DNA from: Candidatus Latescibacterota bacterium
GTDB lineage: Bacteria > Latescibacterota > UBA2968 > UBA8231
Direction: 5' to 3'
Length of the DNA stretch: 64,000 nucleotides
Assembly: GCA_965261395.1 (NCBI GenBank)
Contig: OZ253462.1
Coordinates: 3,008,001-3,072,000, forward strand
Shown: positions 1-10,314 of the stretch, one piece after another
Layout of the letters: each line of letters begins with the position of its first letter
Numbering within the stretch: position 1 is the first letter of the stretch
Notes under the pieces: model-generated
What the model was told of the DNA's origin: nothing
The model's database searches: none
The model's input: only the letters and a program-made list of their open reading frames with translations
Program-made: the position numbers and the translations under genes

Positions 1-1
1 G

Positions 2-379
2 GCCCTGCGCGAGCACACCGCGGGCCGGGCCGGCATATTTGAAGGTAGCGGTGGCTTGCTGTTGATTGACTCCTTTCGCCGTGGCATTCGCGGCACCATT
101 CCCGGCGTCGAACTACTCGACGGCACGGTAGCCCTGTGGCGTTCCCTTGCTGCCGGCGACGAAGCGCGCGCGTATCAGATATATTTCCCCATCTGCGCCC
201 TGTGTACGTTGCAGATCCAAGGGGGCTTGGACGGCTTCATCGTGGTCGAGCGCTACCTAATGCACAAGCGCGGCCTCTTTCCCAACCAAGTCCACCGCGG
301 CCCCCTGAGCTTTGCGCTTGATGCGGAAACGCGCGCCGAGATAGATCGTCTATTCGATATGCTACAGGAAGTGCTATGA
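2..379 (+). CDS. Dihydrodipicolinate synthase (DapA)-family aldolase, C-terminal part, 5' truncated by the window edge
   Basis: Open frame from base 2: IFEGSGG...RGIRGTIPG...GDEARAYQIY...ERYLMHKRGLF resembles DHDPS-family C-termini. Confidence 0.6.
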   Translation, partial: ALREHTAGRAGIFEGSGGLLLIDSFRRGIRGTIPGVELLDGTVALWRSLAAGDEARAYQIYFPICALCTLQIQGGLDGFIVVERYLMHKRGLFPNQVHRGPLSFALDAETRAEIDRLFDMLQEVL

Positions 380-1542
380 TCGACTCAAAGCGCATGCAGG
401 CGGTACAAAGCCCGGTAATTCCGCATGTGGCCGCCCTCATCCGCGACAATCCGGGCACCATTTCCCTCGGCCAAGGCGTGGTGCACTACCCGCCGCCGCC
501 GCAGGCCATGCAGGCGATTGCCCGCTTCGGCGGCGCAATTGCCGAACACCACTATCAGGCCGCCCGCGGTCTGCCCGAACTCAGCGAAGAGCTGCGCCAA
601 AAACTCGCGCGCGAAAATCAAATCGAGGTGGGCGACGACCAGGTCCTGATGGTCACGGCCGGCTCCAACATGGGCTTTTACCACGCCTTGCTCGCCGTTG
701 CCGACCCGGGCGATGAGATCGTCGTGATGTCGCCTTTTTACTTCAACCACGAAATGGCCGTGGCCATGGCCAATTGCCGGGCCGTCCTCGTGGCTACGGA
801 CGACGCCTATCAGCTCGACCTCGGCGCGATTGAGGCCGCGATCACAGCGCGCACTCGCGCCATTGTCACGATCTCGCCCAACAACCCGACGGGTGCGGTC
901 TATCGGCCCGAGGACTTGGCGGCGGTCAATCGGCTCTGCCGCGAACGAGGCCTCTACCACTTTGCCGACGAGGCGTACGAATACTTTACCTATGGCGCGG
1001 CGCGGCACTTTTCGCCCGGCTCACTGCCCCACAGCGCGGAGCACACCATCTCGCTCTTTTCCTTTTCCAAGGCCTACGGCCTCGCCAGTTGGCGGGTCGG
1101 CTACCTCGTGGCCCCGAGGCACCTGCTGGGCGCACTGGAAAAAATCCAAGACACCGTGCTCATCTGCCCGCCGGTCATCTCACAACGCGCCGCGCTCGGT
1201 GCGCTTGCGGCCGGAGCCGCGTACTGTAGGAGCCATCTAGCGGGTATGGATGCGGTGCGTCGGCTCTGCCTAGAGCGGCTCGGCGTGCTCGGCGAGCGGG
1301 TGCAAGTGCCTGCGGCCGAAGGAGCTTTTTACTTATTAGCACGTCTAAAAACCGATCTCGACGCGATGGACGTGGTGGCCCGCTTGGTGCGAGAACACAA
1401 GGTTGCGGTCATCCCCGGCAATGCCTTCGGATTGAGCGCGGACTGCTATTTGCGCGTTGCCTACGGTGCCCTGCGCCAAGAGGATATGGCCGAGGGCATG
1501 GATCGACTCGTCGGGGGTTTGGAGCAGATTCTCTCCGCTTGA
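376..1542 (+). CDS. PLP-dependent aminotransferase class I/II
   Basis: ISLGQG, ISPNNPTG, DEAY, SFSKAYGLASWRVG (PLP lysine), LRVAY. Confidence 0.93.
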   Translation: MIDSKRMQAVQSPVIPHVAALIRDNPGTISLGQGVVHYPPPPQAMQAIARFGGAIAEHHYQAARGLPELSEELRQKLARENQIEVGDDQVLMVTAGSNMGFYHALLAVADPGDEIVVMSPFYFNHEMAVAMANCRAVLVATDDAYQLDLGAIEAAITARTRAIVTISPNNPTGAVYRPEDLAAVNRLCRERGLYHFADEAYEYFTYGAARHFSPGSLPHSAEHTISLFSFSKAYGLASWRVGYLVAPRHLLGALEKIQDTVLICPPVISQRAALGALAAGAAYCRSHLAGMDAVRRLCLERLGVLGERVQVPAAEGAFYLLARLKTDLDAMDVVARLVREHKVAVIPGNAFGLSADCYLRVAYGALRQEDMAEGMDRLVGGLEQILSA

Positions 1543-1568
1543 CATGGTGGATTATTTAGACGTATGTT
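1539..1568 (+). promoter_or_regulatory. Putative sigma70 promoter TTGACA-N18-TATGTT
   Basis: Perfect -35 overlapping the upstream stop; the -10 overlaps the ATG at 1564, favouring a later start. Confidence 0.45.
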
Positions 1569-1638
1569 TCGGCTAACAAAGAGCGACCTGAATCGGCGTA
1601 AAGAATACCTCAGGGGAAGTTTTCCACTCCTCTACGAT

Positions 1639-4401
1639 GTGGAACTTCGACAAATATTGTATTCGGTATTCTGGCCGGTTGGTCGCTCTTCTTTTTTTCT
1701 TCTGCTCGCCCTCCTGCTCCTGCCAACGGTCCTGCGCGCCCAATCCCTCGCTGTCACCCCGAATGCCCTCGATTTAGGTGTAGTTGGCGTCGGCGTGGAG
1801 GCGCGAGCGTCCGTTTTCGTCGAAAATCTGCAAGACGACGCGCTCGAAGTGATCGTCGGCATTAGCGGTGTCGGTTTTGGCGCGGTAGCGGATACGCTGC
1901 GCTTGGACGGCAAGAGCGTCAGCAGTGTCGAAGTGCGATTCAGCGCTGCCGAGGCCGGGGAGTATGCGGGTGAACTGATCTTGCAGGTAGTCGCCTTGTT
2001 TAAAGGCCAGCGCTTGGTCGTGCCGCTTCAAGCGGTGGCCGTCGTTCCGACCCTGGTAATTTTGCCGGCCGAAGGGCTGGATTTTGGCGCGGTGCCCGTC
2101 GGGCAAGCGGCGACGACAGCCGTTATCGTCAAAAACACCGGCACTGTGCCCGTGACGGCCGGGCAGATGGACGTTGCCGATCCACAGAGCCCCTTTAGCG
2201 TGGAGGGCGACGTCGGCCTTTGGCCTGCCCCAGGCGGTGAAACGCGGATCGACGTTGCGTTCGCGCCGACGCGCGCGGGGCAGGTCGCTGCTGAATTCGT
2301 GGTTACCTCGTCCGACTTTGGGGATTGGTCCATTCCCCTGCGGGGGAGCGGGCTGGTGCCACAAGCGGCCTTTTCGCCCCTCCCACAAGTGGGTCTCGAC
2401 TTTGGCACCGTCGAGGTGGGTCAGCGCCTAACGCGCCGCGTGACCGTCCTCAATCAGGGCCAAGCCGAACTGCACATTGAAAACGTCGCCATTGAGGGCG
2501 CGGCCTTTGCCCTTGGGGTCGGGGACTCGTCGGCGACCATCGCTCCCCAGGGGCGGCTCGACTTGAGCGCGGCGTTTGTGCCGCAGAGTGAAGGCGACCA
2601 AAGTGGCGTCTTGCGCCTGTACACCAGCGATCCGCAAGCCGCCGAGGTGGCCATTCCCCTCGCGGGTCGCGGCCAAATCAGTCCGCCGCGCATCGAGATT
2701 ATCAATGGCGACATTGACTTCGGCAGCGTATCCATCGGCGAGACTGCACGCGAGCATTTGCTGTTGTGGAACAAGGGCGGCCAGCCGGGCGTGGTGGAGA
2801 TCGCCGTGGCCGCGGACGAGGGCGTTGAATTCGATCTCGAACAGCATTCGGTCCTCGTTCAGCCGCAAGCCAGTGCCCCCGTGGGGCTGAGTTTCTCGCC
2901 CAAGGAATCCGGTCCGCGCCAAGCCATCCTCCACATCGAGGCCGAAGCCGAGCGCCAGACCATGCGCTTGCAGGGCGTGGGCCAGTTTTTCGCCCTCAAC
3001 CCGACAACGGTGGACTTCGGTCGAGTCGCCGTCGGCGAAAGCAGCAGCCGAGTCGTTGAAATAGCCAATGCGGGCAACGCCGACTTTGAGATTCACCAGC
3101 TTCGCTCGACGAGCGCCGAATTCACTGCCCACACCCCAATCGATGCCGACAACAAGTTCCTGCTACCGGCCCACAGCCAGCGCACCCTGCCGCTGCACGT
3201 GGCTTTTAGCCCATCGGCTCGCGGGGCGATTTCGGGGACCTTGCGCTTGGACGGCTTGGGCGCGAATGAGATGATGACGCTCGACGTCCTGCTCAAGGGC
3301 AACGGCGTGGCCGCCGAAATCGAGCTGAATCCGGCGGGCGTCGTCGATTATGGCTACGTGGTCTTGGGGGAGCAGGCGGAAAGGACCTTCGTGGCCACCA
3401 ACGTCGGCGATACCGTGCTGCAAGTAGAGGCGCATCCCCAAAGCAAGGAAGCCCACGTTGCGCCGGCGCAATTCGCGCTGGCTCCGGGCGAGTCCGCGCG
3501 CCTCACGCTCTTTTTTGCGCCCGATGCCTTGGGCGAGCGCCGCGGGCGCGTCTTGTTGGTCAGCAACGACGTCAAGGATCGCGCCCGTCCACTCGAATAC
3601 AAAGGACACGGGGTGCTCGCAGACATCGACTTGGCGCAGATTGTCGAGGTATTGGTCTCGCGCGGGGAGAAGACCCAGCCTTTGGCTGTCGGCTGGGACA
3701 ATGCCCCCATCGTGCAAAAAGACGGCACCAAAGTGGATGTGGCCTTTGCGATTCCCGACTCACTGCGGCAGGCGCTAATCGGTCGCGAGCTGGTCGTCGA
3801 GTGGACCTGGCTCGACGAAAACTACGCCCCCAAAAGCAAAGGCAGTACCCAAAAGCAGAAAGTCACAATCTACGAGTCGAGCGGCGGGCGCGTCCTAGCC
3901 GAGGATCTCAACTTGCTGCTGGCGGAAGAAGACAATCGCCGAGTGCGGCTCAAAATCACGACCCATAGCTACCCGGGTGCCCCGCCACGGAGCGTGTCGC
4001 AGCTTTTGGAAGCCGGGGGCTGGAAGTGGGAATTTGAGGCCAAGCCGCTGGTTTCCTTTTTGACGATTCGTCCCGGGCGCAATTATAAAGACGCCGACGG
4101 CAACCCGGTCCTAGGCAACACCGAGCGCTTGATTGGCTTGCCCGGCTTGGCCTTTGCCGGCTGGCACAACGTGGATAACCCGTTGATTTCCGGTATCCAT
4201 TTCACCGCCATCGGCAATGTCCTCGAAGCCCTTTCGACCGGCAACTCGCTGGCCATTTCTCTGGGTGTGGCCATTTCCTTTTACAAGGATCAGTTCCTCT
4301 TTGGCTTCGGCTGGGACATTTACGACAGCCGACCCCGAGTCAAGGAGAAAGGCTCACAGGACTACATTATGACCTTTAAGTACTCGGGGTTGTTCAAGTG
4401 A
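1639..4401 (+). CDS. Secreted/surface protein with about six tandem ASH (choice-of-anchor D) Ig-like domains and a beta-rich C-terminus; start uncertain (GTG 1639 or ATG 1564)
   Basis: Signal peptide (FFLLLALLLLPTVLRAQ); repeated LDFGxVxVG...NxGxxxL...FxPxxxG...LxGxG units. Confidence 0.8.
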   Translation: MELRQILYSVFWPVGRSSFFLLLALLLLPTVLRAQSLAVTPNALDLGVVGVGVEARASVFVENLQDDALEVIVGISGVGFGAVADTLRLDGKSVSSVEVRFSAAEAGEYAGELILQVVALFKGQRLVVPLQAVAVVPTLVILPAEGLDFGAVPVGQAATTAVIVKNTGTVPVTAGQMDVADPQSPFSVEGDVGLWPAPGGETRIDVAFAPTRAGQVAAEFVVTSSDFGDWSIPLRGSGLVPQAAFSPLPQVGLDFGTVEVGQRLTRRVTVLNQGQAELHIENVAIEGAAFALGVGDSSATIAPQGRLDLSAAFVPQSEGDQSGVLRLYTSDPQAAEVAIPLAGRGQISPPRIEIINGDIDFGSVSIGETAREHLLLWNKGGQPGVVEIAVAADEGVEFDLEQHSVLVQPQASAPVGLSFSPKESGPRQAILHIEAEAERQTMRLQGVGQFFALNPTTVDFGRVAVGESSSRVVEIANAGNADFEIHQLRSTSAEFTAHTPIDADNKFLLPAHSQRTLPLHVAFSPSARGAISGTLRLDGLGANEMMTLDVLLKGNGVAAEIELNPAGVVDYGYVVLGEQAERTFVATNVGDTVLQVEAHPQSKEAHVAPAQFALAPGESARLTLFFAPDALGERRGRVLLVSNDVKDRARPLEYKGHGVLADIDLAQIVEVLVSRGEKTQPLAVGWDNAPIVQKDGTKVDVAFAIPDSLRQALIGRELVVEWTWLDENYAPKSKGSTQKQKVTIYESSGGRVLAEDLNLLLAEEDNRRVRLKITTHSYPGAPPRSVSQLLEAGGWKWEFEAKPLVSFLTIRPGRNYKDADGNPVLGNTERLIGLPGLAFAGWHNVDNPLISGIHFTAIGNVLEALSTGNSLAISLGVAISFYKDQFLFGFGWDIYDSRPRVKEKGSQDYIMTFKYSGLFK

Positions 4402-5347
4402 GCAGGCGGCGGTACACCATGGCTGCCGCACACAAGTCCTGCGCTCCCATCCCCGTCAGATAGACTGCGCTCGGCGCTACTGCGCCAAGCCGCCCGCAGG
4501 CGGCGTCGCCGATGTCCAGCACCGTGCCCTCGGCATTGCGCGCCAAGGCGATCTGCTCGGCTTGGCCCTGCTCGGCCGCAAAGCGGAATTCCCCGGACTT
4601 CTGGGCTTGGGCGAGCACATCGACGACCACTGTGCGCTCGTAGAGCACTTCGGGTGCGAGTTGGCGCGTGCGACTATCCCCGGCGATGACCGCGAGGTAG
4701 GTGACCTCGGCCAAGGCCGCCGAGGTCAAGATGGGCTGCGGCGTCGGCACCGCCGTTAGCACGGCGTCGGCACCGTCTATACACGCCTCTAACGACGATG
4801 CTACCCGTAGGCGCGCTCGCAGGTCCGGTCCGACCGCTGCGGCAAATGCCGCCCGGTTCGCCGCCCGGCGACTCGTGCAGGCAATCTCCGCCAAATCAAA
4901 GAGCACGTCGCAAGATAGGGCCAAGGTCCGTGCAATCCGTCCGGTCCCCAGAATGGCGACTCGCTCGATGGCCGCGCCCGCTAGGTATTGGAGACCCAAC
5001 GCCCCGGCCGCCCCGGTGCGCCAGTCGGTGATGTGCCCGGCCTCTAGTCGCCACGCCCGGTCCTGTTGCAAATCTTCAAACGAGATATATGCCTCCCGCT
5101 TGGCCAGCCGCCCGGTCGCCACGTCTGAAAACTCTTCGATGATCTTTCGCGCGCGAAACTTTCCCGGCCATTCGGCTGGCATGTCCAAGCGAAAGTAGTC
5201 GAGTGCCCCGCGCTTTTGGATGGATTCGGTGCGCGGCGGATTGTCGATGACCCCCGCGCCGTACCGCTCGAACGCTTGGTGACAGGCGGCGAGAAAATCA
5301 GCCGTGGAGAAGCGATGTGCAAAGGTTTCTTCGCGTAGGAGATCCAC
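4394..5347 (-). CDS. Ornithine cyclodeaminase/mu-crystallin family protein, divergent
   Basis: ITDWRTGAAGALG, Rossmann ILGTGRIA, C-terminal TGMGAQDLCAA. Confidence 0.85.
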   Translation of the reverse strand: MDLLREETFAHRFSTADFLAACHQAFERYGAGVIDNPPRTESIQKRGALDYFRLDMPAEWPGKFRARKIIEEFSDVATGRLAKREAYISFEDLQQDRAWRLEAGHITDWRTGAAGALGLQYLAGAAIERVAILGTGRIARTLALSCDVLFDLAEIACTSRRAANRAAFAAAVGPDLRARLRVASSLEACIDGADAVLTAVPTPQPILTSAALAEVTYLAVIAGDSRTRQLAPEVLYERTVVVDVLAQAQKSGEFRFAAEQGQAEQIALARNAEGTVLDIGDAACGRLGAVAPSAVYLTGMGAQDLCAAAMVYRRLLT

Positions 5348-5411
5348 GTCTCATCCTTTTGTTTGCTTGACGTAACTTGCCGTTTTCTATTCATTAAATA
5401 ATGTTGGAGCG

Positions 5412-5876
5412 ATGGAACGAGAATACCCCAACGTGCAGGAGCTGATTTTGTGGGGGCTGGCCGCTGTGGCTATAGCTTTGCTCCTCAAGGCTGCCTTCTG
5501 GCCGCACTCTGCTGCACCCGAGCCAACGCCCCAGCGGGAAGTCTCCAAGCCAGCAACCACTCCCCAGCTCAGCCCCATTCGGGTCGAAATTCTCAACGGC
5601 GGGGGCGAACCGCAAATCGCTGCCCGCCTCCGCAAAAAGGCACGCGCCCTCGGGCTAGACGTGATTCACGAAGGCAATGCGCCCAGCTTCAATTACCTAC
5701 ACACTCTCGTCGTCGATTTGGACGGCGATATCGAGCGAGCCCGACAAGTGGCGGATGTCTTGGGAATACCCCATTTTATCCAGCAAAAGAAAGAAAATCA
5801 GTTCAGCTTGGCGAGTGTCTCGATTATCATCGGGCGAGACTATCGCCACATCGGCCTGCTCGACCCGGCCAAATAA
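5412..5876 (+). CDS. LytR C-terminal (LytR_C) domain membrane protein
   Basis: N-terminal TM; IRVEILNGGG...GNA...VSIIIGRDY. Confidence 0.85.
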   Translation: MEREYPNVQELILWGLAAVAIALLLKAAFWPHSAAPEPTPQREVSKPATTPQLSPIRVEILNGGGEPQIAARLRKKARALGLDVIHEGNAPSFNYLHTLVVDLDGDIERARQVADVLGIPHFIQQKKENQFSLASVSIIIGRDYRHIGLLDPAK

Positions 5877-5888
5877 CACCGCGAGAGA

Positions 5889-6296
5889 ATGGCTATGAGA
5901 CCGTGCCAAGAACCGCACATCGCCCGCGTCGTAGAAATTTTACAAGATAAAAAGGCCTTCGCAATAACCTTGCTGGATCTGCGCGATGTCACCGACACCT
6001 GCGACTACTTCCTGCTCTGTACGGGCACCTCTGAACAGCACGTCCGCAGCCTCACCGACGAAGTGCGGGACCGACTCACCGAGATGGGAGAAAAGCCCTG
6101 GCACGTTGAGGGCGCGGATACGCGGCGCTGGGTGCTGATAGATTGCGTCCATTTAGTCGTCCACATCTTTCGCGAGGAGGCACGCGACTTCTACGCCCTA
6201 GAGAGGTTGTGGGGCGACGCTGTGCGCACGGATTTTGCCGATGGGGACGTGCCCGAGGACGCGCCCGAGACCTCCTTTGAATTTTCGACCTTCTAA
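5889..6296 (+). CDS. rsfS: Ribosome silencing factor RsfS
   Basis: DKKA..I.LLDL, DYFLLCTGTS..HV, WVLID, VHIF...RDFYALERLWGDA. Confidence 0.95.
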   Translation: MAMRPCQEPHIARVVEILQDKKAFAITLLDLRDVTDTCDYFLLCTGTSEQHVRSLTDEVRDRLTEMGEKPWHVEGADTRRWVLIDCVHLVVHIFREEARDFYALERLWGDAVRTDFADGDVPEDAPETSFEFSTF

Positions 6297-7336
6297 TGCC
6301 GATGCAAACGCTCAGATGGCAGGACGATGCCCTGATCCTGCTTGACCAGACTCGCTTACCCGAAGAGCTGGTGTACGCAACCTATCGCCACGTCGAGGCT
6401 ATTGCCCACGCCATTGAAGGGCTGGTGGTGCGCGGTGCACCGGCCATTGGCTTGGCGGCTGCGTACGGCGTCGTGGTGGGCGCGCGGGCAGCGGTCGATT
6501 GCGCCCCCGAGGCCTTTTGCCGCCGTGTGGAAGACGCTATCGCCCGCCTCGCCCGCACCCGGCCCACCGCGGTCAACCTGTTCTGGGCCTTGGATCAGAT
6601 GCAGGAGGTACTGGCGGCGAATCGGAGCCGCGACAACCACGCCATCTGCGACGCCCTGCTAGAGACCGCTCACCGTCTCTTTGAGGAAGACCGCCGAATC
6701 TGTCGCCAGATCGGTGCCCACGGCGCGGCACTCCTGCGCGACGGCAGCCAAGTCATAACCCATTGTAACGCCGGCGGCTTGGCCACGGCGGACTACGGCA
6801 CGGCCTTGGGGGTCGTCTATGCGGCCCAAGAGGAGGGTAAGAAAGTCGCGGTGTTTGCCGACGAGACCCGCCCCTTGCTCCAAGGCTCGCGGCTGACGGC
6901 GTGGGAACTGATGCAGAGCGGCATCGACGTCAAGGTCATCTGCGATAATGCGGCCGCGGTCGTAATGAGGAGCGAGGCTATTGACTGCTGTATAGTGGGT
7001 GCTGACCGCATCGCCAAAAACGGCGACGTGGCCAACAAGATCGGTACCTATGGGCTGGCCATCCTCGCCCGCGAGCACCGCGTGCCCTTTTACGTGGCCG
7101 CTCCGGTCTCGACCCTCGACATGGCCTTGGCTTCGGGAGCAGAAATTCCCATTGAGAAGCGCGCCGCAGCCGAGGTCCGCGAAGGCATGGGCAAGCTCAC
7201 GGCCCCGGACGCGGTGCCGGTTTACAATCCGGCCTTTGACGTCACGCCTTGCGATTTGGTGTCGGCGATCATCTCGGAAAAGGGCGTCGCCCGCGCTCCG
7301 TACGAACCCGCCTTGCGCGCTTGGGTTGAGCCATGA
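6296..7336 (+). CDS. mtnA: S-methyl-5-thioribose-1-phosphate isomerase
   Basis: LLDQTRLP, VRGAPAIG, RPTAVNLFWA, THCNAGGLAT, ETRPLLQGSRLT, GADRIAKNGDVANKIGTY. Confidence 0.96.
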   Translation: MPMQTLRWQDDALILLDQTRLPEELVYATYRHVEAIAHAIEGLVVRGAPAIGLAAAYGVVVGARAAVDCAPEAFCRRVEDAIARLARTRPTAVNLFWALDQMQEVLAANRSRDNHAICDALLETAHRLFEEDRRICRQIGAHGAALLRDGSQVITHCNAGGLATADYGTALGVVYAAQEEGKKVAVFADETRPLLQGSRLTAWELMQSGIDVKVICDNAAAVVMRSEAIDCCIVGADRIAKNGDVANKIGTYGLAILAREHRVPFYVAAPVSTLDMALASGAEIPIEKRAAAEVREGMGKLTAPDAVPVYNPAFDVTPCDLVSAIISEKGVARAPYEPALRAWVEP

Positions 7337-8106
7337 GAACTTATTCGATCCTCCTGTTGCTGGCCCTGCTCGGCACGGCCCACTGCGCGAGCGCGCCGCG
7401 CTGGCGCAGTGACTCGGGTGACGCTGCACCTGTCAGCCGCGAAGAATTCGACCCGCGCACCCTCGGCGAAGACCCTTTGCTAATTGAGCCGGTGCAACGC
7501 GAGAGCCGCGACCAAGCCCAAACCCCAGCAGAGCCGGCGGTCCCCGCGCAAGATCGCGCTCCAGTAGCGCGCGCTGCGGTCTATCGCCTCCAGCTTTTGG
7601 CCCTGAGTAATGAAGCCATGGCCCGCAATCGCCGCGCCGAACTAGAACGCGCGCTCGGCGTGAGGGTCTATCTAGTGGCTCGCAACGAGCACTCGGTGCT
7701 GCAAGCTGGCCAATACGCCACCCGTGCCGAGGCCGCGGCTCTCAAGGAGCAGATTGCCGCACTCGGCCCGGATTACGCCGACGCCTATGTCGTCGAGATC
7801 CCGGCGAGCATGGTGCCCGACTCCGCGCCAGCGGAGGCCGCGCCCGAGCTGGTGAGTGCCTTTGGCTGGAGGGTGCTGATCGACCAGTTCCTATCCCACG
7901 ACGAGGCCAGCCGCCTCGCGGAAGAAGCCAAAAAGCGCCTGAAGCACAAAGACATCAACGTGATCTTTAAGGAGCCTTATTACAAGATCGAAGTCGGCAA
8001 CTACCGCACTGAGGCGCAAGCTCAGGCTGCGGCCGAACGAATCGGGAGGTACTACCCCAATGCCCTCAAGGTACGCTCCCAGATCCTCGTCTCGCAGGAG
8101 GAGTAA
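7333..8106 (+). CDS. SPOR domain protein with two SPOR domains, probable lipoprotein
   Basis: Signal peptide with Cys; YRLQLLAL...AGQYATRAEA and GWRVLI...YYKIEVGNYRTEAQA. Confidence 0.75.
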   Translation: MRTYSILLLLALLGTAHCASAPRWRSDSGDAAPVSREEFDPRTLGEDPLLIEPVQRESRDQAQTPAEPAVPAQDRAPVARAAVYRLQLLALSNEAMARNRRAELERALGVRVYLVARNEHSVLQAGQYATRAEAAALKEQIAALGPDYADAYVVEIPASMVPDSAPAEAAPELVSAFGWRVLIDQFLSHDEASRLAEEAKKRLKHKDINVIFKEPYYKIEVGNYRTEAQAQAAAERIGRYYPNALKVRSQILVSQEE

Positions 8107-8112
8107 CGCGCC

Positions 8113-9843
8113 GTGCGCTTGTATTGCTGTGCCATCGCATTGCTGCTCATGGCCTGTGCCCATGGCAAAAGCGCCGGGCCTTTGGTCTTCGACGAGACGA
8201 CCACACCTGTCATGCCTACGGTTGTGGACCCGCCGCCGGATACGGCTGACCTACGCGCCGTTCGCTGGCACTTGCTCCTCGCTATCGAAAGCCACGCTCT
8301 CGGGCAGACCCAACGGGCGCAAGAGGCCCTCGCCGCGGCCTTTGGCATTCTCGCCGACCTCGACGAGCACGACGCGCTCGTGGATACTGCACAAGCCGCA
8401 ACGCTCGGCTTGGCTATTGAGCGGGCATACTTCGACCTGTTGCCGCACTTGGAGCGCTTTCCCGCCGACAGCCCCTTGAACCTTCTGCTCGAGGGGCTAT
8501 TCGAGGAAAAAATCGAGACCCTGCCGGCAGATGCCGAGCCTTTGGTCCTCATCCACCAACTCGGCCGCCGCTGCGACATGCCCATTGACGCCAACGACCG
8601 CGTCGTGGCTAGTCTCCACTTCTTCCAGACGCGGGGTCGCAAGACCTTTGCCACTTGGTTGCAGCGCGCCGGGCGCTATCGCACGCTGATTGGCGATATC
8701 CTCCAGCGCGAGGGGATGCCCAGCGATCTTTTTTACCTAGCGGTTATCGAGAGCGGTCTCAACCCAAGGGCCTATTCGCGGTCGCGGGCCGTGGGGTTGT
8801 GGCAGTTTATGGCGCACACTGGCCGCATGATGGGCCTCAAGCGCACCCATTGGATCGACGAGCGGCGCGACCCGATCAAGGCGACCGTTGCCGCTTCCCA
8901 GTACCTAAAAGACCTTTTCGCAGAGTTCGGCGACTGGCGCTTAGCTTTGGCCGCGTACAACGCCGGGCCTGGACGAGTCCGCCGGGCCATTGCCCGCGCC
9001 GACACCAACGACTACTGGCAGCTCGATCTACCCCGCGAAACGAAAAACTACGTGCCGCTCTTCATGGCCGCGGCCGTCATAGCCAAGGATCCACAGCTTT
9101 TTGGTTTTGAACCCCAAGCCGCAGAGCCGGGCTTTGCATACGAGGAAGTCGCCTTGCCCAAAGACTGGCTTTATGTCGATCTGAAAGCGGCGGCCCAGCT
9201 TTTGGGTGTCGAACGCCAGACATTGCACGACCTCAATCCCGAGTTGCGCCAAGACATCACGCCGCCGGGGTCCCGCTCTCCTTATACTCTGCGGGTGCCG
9301 CCCGGCAAGGGCCGGCTCTTGCTCGACCAGTACGCTAGCCTGCCGGTCCCGCCGGGGGTAGCGATCCATCAGTACCCGGTGCAGCGCGGCGACACGATCT
9401 CTGGCATCGCCCAGACCTTTGGCGTTTCTACGCGGGTCGTTATCGCGGCTAATAGCCTCAAAAACCCCAACTCCATTCGGCCGCGGCAAATTCTCTATAT
9501 CCCGATCCCGTCCGCTCCGAGTGCCAAGCAAGCGGAGGTGCTGGGCGGCGGCGAGACCTACACGGTGCAGCCGGGCGATACGCTGTGGGAGTTGTCCCGA
9601 CGCTTTTCGGTTAGAGTCGCCGACTTGCAGGCGTGGAACGGTCTCAAAGAGGAGCTGATCAAACCCGGCCAAGAGCTAACCGTGGCCAACGAGCAAGCGC
9701 AGGTGTACACCGTGGTCACGGGCGATACGTTACACAGCATCGCCCGCAAATTCGGCCTCGCTCCCAGCGATATTGCCCGCCAGAACAACATCGGCTTCTC
9801 GGAGACGCTGCTGGCGGGCACGACTTTACAAATCCCGAGGTGA
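8113..9843 (+). CDS. MltD-like lytic transglycosylase (SLT domain plus three LysM), lipoprotein
   Basis: Lipobox LMAC; IESGLNP, AVGLWQFM, ALAAYNAG, LPRETKNYVP; three YxVxxGDTLxxIA LysM repeats. Confidence 0.92.
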   Translation: MRLYCCAIALLLMACAHGKSAGPLVFDETTTPVMPTVVDPPPDTADLRAVRWHLLLAIESHALGQTQRAQEALAAAFGILADLDEHDALVDTAQAATLGLAIERAYFDLLPHLERFPADSPLNLLLEGLFEEKIETLPADAEPLVLIHQLGRRCDMPIDANDRVVASLHFFQTRGRKTFATWLQRAGRYRTLIGDILQREGMPSDLFYLAVIESGLNPRAYSRSRAVGLWQFMAHTGRMMGLKRTHWIDERRDPIKATVAASQYLKDLFAEFGDWRLALAAYNAGPGRVRRAIARADTNDYWQLDLPRETKNYVPLFMAAAVIAKDPQLFGFEPQAAEPGFAYEEVALPKDWLYVDLKAAAQLLGVERQTLHDLNPELRQDITPPGSRSPYTLRVPPGKGRLLLDQYASLPVPPGVAIHQYPVQRGDTISGIAQTFGVSTRVVIAANSLKNPNSIRPRQILYIPIPSAPSAKQAEVLGGGETYTVQPGDTLWELSRRFSVRVADLQAWNGLKEELIKPGQELTVANEQAQVYTVVTGDTLHSIARKFGLAPSDIARQNNIGFSETLLAGTTLQIPR

Positions 9844-9844
9844 C

Positions 9845-10312
9845 ATGAGTGTGGTCCGCCATATTCTCTTGCTGGCATTCGCCTTCACCCTGCAAACTAC
9901 TTGGGTCGATTCCCTGAAGATATGGTCGATTAAACCCGATCTATTGATTATGACGTTGAGCTTTATCGCGCTGCGCAGCGGGCCGGTTGTCGGGGCTTAT
10001 ATGGGGCTAGGGATCGGCATCCTCCAAGACATCTACCTGCCCACCGACCTCGGAGTCAATGCGCTCGCCAAGTCGCTCATCGGCGCGGGCCTCGGCTACA
10101 GCCATTCCCGTATGGTCGCCGACAGCGTCCAAGTTCAGACTGCGCTAGTTTTTGGTGCCGTGATCTGCCATGATTTTATCTACTATGTGGGTGCCAGCGC
10201 CTATGTACCCTTTGAGGTGGGCAGCATCTTGGGTCGCGCCGTGTACACAGGCCTGATCAGTGCGGTTTTCTTCGCCGGCTTGACCCTCAAACGCCATCTC
10301 TTTCCCGCTTGA
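9845..10312 (+). CDS. mreD: Rod shape-determining protein MreD
   Basis: Hydrophobic, IKPDLL, GLGIGILQD, LGVNALAK; directly upstream of PBP2; ATG 9845 just after the MltD stop. Confidence 0.88.
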   Translation: MSVVRHILLLAFAFTLQTTWVDSLKIWSIKPDLLIMTLSFIALRSGPVVGAYMGLGIGILQDIYLPTDLGVNALAKSLIGAGLGYSHSRMVADSVQVQTALVFGAVICHDFIYYVGASAYVPFEVGSILGRAVYTGLISAVFFAGLTLKRHLFPA

Positions 10313-10314
10313 TT

